Assembly: GCA_017994075.1 (NCBI GenBank)
Contig: JAGOLM010000002.1
Location: 6,636 to 70,635 of the forward strand
Direction of reading: 5' to 3'
DNA length: 64,000 nucleotides
Source of the DNA: Lachnospiraceae bacterium
GTDB lineage: Bacteria > Bacillota > Clostridia > Lachnospirales > Lachnospiraceae
This document shows positions 60,453 through 64,000 of the stretch, piece after piece. Positions within the stretch are counted from its first letter, which is position 1, and the number at the start of each line of letters is the position of its first letter. Below the pieces are notes generated by a model that was not told where the DNA came from, ran no database searches, and saw only the letters and a list, made by a program, of their open reading frames with translations. The position numbers and the translations under genes were made by a program.

Positions 60453-61196
60453 TCATATTTTAATTCTATCTAGTGTTTCACCTATTGACTCATTTATTAT
60501 CAGATCTGCATCTGCATCTCTTACCGTAGCAGATTTATTGATTAGGACCAGATATTTTCCCCTGAAATAATCTATCAGACCTGCAGCAGGATAGACTGCT
60601 AATGATGTTCCACCTATTATAAGCATATCTGCATCACTTATATATCTGACTGACTTTTCAATTGTGCTCTGATCCAAGCCTTCTTCATATAGAACCACAT
60701 CTGGTTTAATATCACCACCACATTTTTCGCACTTTGGTACACCCTCAAATTTATGATCTAGCATATACTTACCATCATAAAAAGTATGGCATTTCTCGCA
60801 GTAATTTCTATGTACACTTCCATGCAATTCCATGACATTTTTGCTACCGGCCATTTGATGCAGTCCATCTATATTCTGAGTTAAAATAGCTGTAAGCTTA
60901 CCTGCGGTTTCCATTTCAGCCAGCTTAAAATTGGCCTTGTTGGGTTTTATTCCTGTAACCAAAAGTTTATCAAAATAGTAATCATAAAAATCTTTTTTCT
61001 TACTCATATAGAAACTATGACTAAGAATTGTCTCTGGTGGGAATTTATACTTCTGATTGTAAAGTCCATCTACACTTCTAAAATCTGGGACTCCGCTCTC
61101 AGTTGATACCCCGGCTCCTCCAAAAAAAACTATTTTTCCTGATTCATCAATCATTTTCTGAAGTTTCTGTATCTTGTTATCGAATTCTTTCGACAT
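60453..61196 (-). CDS. cobB: NAD-dependent deacylase (sirtuin)
   Basis: GAGVSTESGVPDFR, TQNIDGLH, ELHGS, two CxxC, GGTSLAVYPAA. Confidence 0.93.
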   Translation of the reverse strand: MSKEFDNKIQKLQKMIDESGKIVFFGGAGVSTESGVPDFRSVDGLYNQKYKFPPETILSHSFYMSKKKDFYDYYFDKLLVTGIKPNKANFKLAEMETAGKLTAILTQNIDGLHQMAGSKNVMELHGSVHRNYCEKCHTFYDGKYMLDHKFEGVPKCEKCGGDIKPDVVLYEEGLDQSTIEKSVRYISDADMLIIGGTSLAVYPAAGLIDYFRGKYLVLINKSATVRDADADLIINESIGETLDRIKI

Positions 61197-61238
61197 ACTT
61201 TCCCTCCTTAACGTTGATAAAATTTTTAAACATTTTAT

Positions 61239-62087
61239 TTATAACAGTGAATTGTAGATATCTCTTTTGGATACGCCTCTGTCTCTGGCTACAATTTTCA
61301 TTGCTTCCTTTTTATCTATTCCCTGATCGAGATATATCTTCATGTGCTCATCTATTGACATGTCTTGCCATTTTTCTCTGGCTTCTTTTTCCATATCAGA
61401 CCTATTTCTACCTTCAATTACAATAACGTATTCACCTCTCGGATCCTTTTCATTGTAATAGTCATTAAGGTATGAAAGAGTTCCTGAAATTCTCTCTTCA
61501 TGTACTTTTGTAAGTTCTCTTATTATCGCGGTATTTCTGTCACCAATCCTAAGATATAATTCCTTAAGGGTTTTTTTCAAATGATGTGGGGACTCATATA
61601 TTATTGATGTCCTCGTTTCATTTTCAAGCTCTGTCAGTACTCTTTCTCTTTCTTTTTTATCCTTAGGAAGAAATGCCTCAAATGCCAACCTCCTACAGGG
61701 AAGTCCTGACATTACTGCTGCATTGACAAATGCCGCCGGGCCTGGAATGGATGTTACTGTAATACCCTCTGATATACACATTTTTACCAGTTCCTCACCT
61801 GGATCTGATATACCCGGTGTACCTGCATCGGTAATAAGCGCTATACTTTTCCCTTCTCTTAGGCGGTTTGTCAGGTATTCACCTTTTTCAATTTTATTAA
61901 ATTCATGGTAGCTGGTCATCTCGGTATGAATATCAAAATGATTCAATAATTTAATCGAATTTCTTGTATCCTCCGCCGCAATCAGGTCAGCTTCTTTCAA
62001 TATTCGGATTGCTCTGAATGTCATATCTTCGAGATTACCTATAGGCGTTGCTACAAGATACAGTGTTCCTTTCAATTTTTTCCTCAT
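61239..62087 (-). CDS. rsmI: 16S rRNA C1402 2'-O-methyltransferase
   Basis: LYLVATPIGNLEDMT, AAEDTR, DAGTPGISDPG, YESPH, RELTKVHE. Confidence 0.96.
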   Translation of the reverse strand: MRKKLKGTLYLVATPIGNLEDMTFRAIRILKEADLIAAEDTRNSIKLLNHFDIHTEMTSYHEFNKIEKGEYLTNRLREGKSIALITDAGTPGISDPGEELVKMCISEGITVTSIPGPAAFVNAAVMSGLPCRRLAFEAFLPKDKKERERVLTELENETRTSIIYESPHHLKKTLKELYLRIGDRNTAIIRELTKVHEERISGTLSYLNDYYNEKDPRGEYVIVIEGRNRSDMEKEAREKWQDMSIDEHMKIYLDQGIDKKEAMKIVARDRGVSKRDIYNSLL

Positions 62088-62141
62088 TTTCTAATACTTG
62101 ATCATCAATAATTTCTATTGAGTCTAAATAATATCTATATG

Positions 62142-62927
62142 TTAAAATCCATAAATGTCCAAAATCTCTTTTGTATATTTTCCTTCTGACTCATAAACAA
62201 TCAATGGCTTTTCAACTGTAAGTCTTGGATTAGCACCTCTTATTCCTTCGACTAATACCATATTGGGTTCTTTATCCATAAATGGATGTACCAATCGCAT
62301 TTTCTTTGGTTCTATACCTACAGATTTCATTTCCATAAATAGTTCTGCCAACCTAAATGGTCGGTATACCAAGTAGCACCTGCCCTTTGGCTTAAGTATC
62401 TTGGCCGCTTCACCCATGATATCTTTCAAAGTGCAAAGTGCTTCATGCCTTGCTATATATTTTGCGTCTTCCTTATTTCTGATACCATGCTGGTCTATCA
62501 TATATGGCGGGTTAGATGTTATTACATCAAAAGAAGATGCTCCGAATCTCTTCGAGGCATCCCTTATATCACCTGAAATTATATGCACTCGATCTTCAAG
62601 GCTGTTTATACGGACAGATCTGTCAGCCATGTCTCGCACTTCTTCCTGAATCTCCAGACCATATATCTCTTTTGCCTTAGTTTTAGCTGATAGCAATATC
62701 GGGATTATTCCATTTCCGGTTCCCATATCCAGCACTTTTTCTTCCGGCTTAATGCATGCAAAACCTGAAAGAAGAACAGCATCCATACCAAAACAGAATT
62801 TCTTGGGATTCTGTAAAAGTACAAGTCCATTCCTCTCTAGAGTATCGACTCTCTCTCCTTGATTCACAAGCTTTTTCTGTTCTTCGGTTAGAATTATACT
62901 TCCATTTTCGTTATCAATATTCTTCAT
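62142..62927 (-). CDS. tRNA1(Val) A37 N6-methyltransferase (YabB/TrmN6)
   Basis: FCFGMDAVLL, LDMGTGNG, SNPPY, ARHE. Confidence 0.88.
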   Translation of the reverse strand: MKNIDNENGSIILTEEQKKLVNQGERVDTLERNGLVLLQNPKKFCFGMDAVLLSGFACIKPEEKVLDMGTGNGIIPILLSAKTKAKEIYGLEIQEEVRDMADRSVRINSLEDRVHIISGDIRDASKRFGASSFDVITSNPPYMIDQHGIRNKEDAKYIARHEALCTLKDIMGEAAKILKPKGRCYLVYRPFRLAELFMEMKSVGIEPKKMRLVHPFMDKEPNMVLVEGIRGANPRLTVEKPLIVYESEGKYTKEILDIYGF

Positions 62928-64000
62928 TATTGAAATTCTGATGTTTATTATCCTTGTTTTTCTGATAAGAATTTTTATTATTCTTATTTGGTTTTCTGTT
63001 ATCTTTAGCCTTATTCTTTTTAAAGTTCTTATTATCTTTTGGACCGGCTACATTCTTATTGTCTTTTTTAGGCTTATTATTTTTATTGTTAATCGGTCTC
63101 TTATCGTCTTTTGAAAATTTTCTTTCTCTATTATCCCTGCTGTCCCTCTTGTCTCTTCGGTCTTTCGACTTGTCCGAATCATCATTTTTACTGTCGTTTT
63201 TTACAGTTTCTTTGTCTTCATTTTTTGATGGGGACTGTTTTTTACTGTTTGATTCAACATTTTGTGTCTGAGCTGTATCCTGTTCCTGTCTTCTTCTTCT
63301 ACTTTTCTTATGAACAGATGGATCAAATACTAGTTCATCTATGCTGAACTCTTTTACTTCTCTATTGTCATCTTCTTCAAAAAATACTCTTATTTTTTCT
63401 CGAAGCACATCTACGCTGTGTACTTCTCCTTTTTTACCTTCCTTGGTAGCAACTTCATCGCCACGTCTTGGAAGTTTTTTATTTAATTCTTCATATGCTT
63501 CCTCTTCATTTTTTAGGCAGCACATCAATCTTCCGCAGACTCCTGAGATTTTTGTAGGGTTAAGTGACAGATTCTGTTCTTTTGCCATCTTAATTGAAAC
63601 AGGAGAAAATGTATTTAAAAATGTAGCACAACATAATTCTCTCCCACATACTCCAATTCCACCTACGATTTTTGTCTCGTCCCTTACGCCGATCTGTCTA
63701 AGCTCGATTCTTGTATGAAATGAGGCTGCAAGATCTTTGACCAGAGCTCGGAAGTCCACTCTTCCATCTGCAAGAAAATAAAATGTTAATTTTTTCCTGT
63801 CAAATGTATATTGAGCCTCCACCAGTTTCATATCCAACTGATGCTCCAATATCTTTTGCTTACATATCTTGTAAGCTTCATCTTCAGCTTTTCTGTTCTC
63901 TCTCTCTTTTTTTATGTCTTCTGGAGTTGCGATTCTGATAACCTTTTGGTCATTTTCTATTTCATCAGTAATTCTGAATCCTTCATCAAGGGAAGAAGAA
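62914..64000 (-). CDS. yaaT: PSP1-domain protein (YaaT/RicT), 5' end outside the window
   Basis: Frame stays open upstream of the ORF-track start to the window edge (...KVIRIATPEDIKRE...). LTFYFLADGRVDFR, GVCGRELCC, CGRLMCCLKNE. Confidence 0.9.
   Translation of the reverse strand, partial: SSSLDEGFRITDEIENDQKVIRIATPEDIKKERENRKAEDEAYKICKQKILEHQLDMKLVEAQYTFDRKKLTFYFLADGRVDFRALVKDLAASFHTRIELRQIGVRDETKIVGGIGVCGRELCCATFLNTFSPVSIKMAKEQNLSLNPTKISGVCGRLMCCLKNEEEAYEELNKKLPRRGDEVATKEGKKGEVHSVDVLREKIRVFFEEDDNREVKEFSIDELVFDPSVHKKSRRRRQEQDTAQTQNVESNSKKQSPSKNEDKETVKNDSKNDDSDKSKDRRDKRDSRDNRERKFSKDDKRPINNKNNKPKKDNKNVAGPKDNKNFKKNKAKDNRKPNKNNKNSYQKNKDNKHQNFNNEEY

Overview
Low-GC, AT-rich Firmicute chromosome segment. 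Gene content and order look like a Lachnospiraceae member (inference). Most genes are on the minus strand. Left to right: a truncated TPR gene; AI-2E transporter; YbhJ/aconitase-family hydratase; SRP RNA (ffs); a complete Gram-positive Tad/Flp type IVc pilus locus (5487-14965); a three-gene flagellar module (giant FliK-like protein, flagellin, FliS paralog; 15239-20509) behind a putative sigma-28 promoter; recR-ybaB-dnaX-pfkA; pepD; a tocopherol-cyclase-like gene; tRNA-Ser(CGA) and greA; a nine-gene V-type ATPase operon with Na+ ligands; dCMP deaminase; a catalytically dead-looking LMW phosphatase; sua5; a GH18 hydrolase; mecA; ferredoxin; dnaB-rplI-gdpP; msmX; T-box-regulated thrS; a PucR regulator; a beta-galactoside utilisation locus (GH2, ABC transporter, AraC); rpsR-ssb-rpsF; a sirtuin; rsmI; a tRNA m6A37 methyltransferase; and a truncated PSP1/RicT gene. 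No CRISPR array, integrase, transposase or rRNA was seen. The most unusual signals sit in the surface-appendage block. An 18-bp perfect inverted repeat is interlocked with the flagellar-module promoter. A 21-bp inverted repeat encloses the start of a Tad minor pilin that carries tandem Zn-finger-like domains. A 5x14-bp tandem array lies upstream of the major pilin. All family and DUF names come from recognising motifs by eye, not from database searches.
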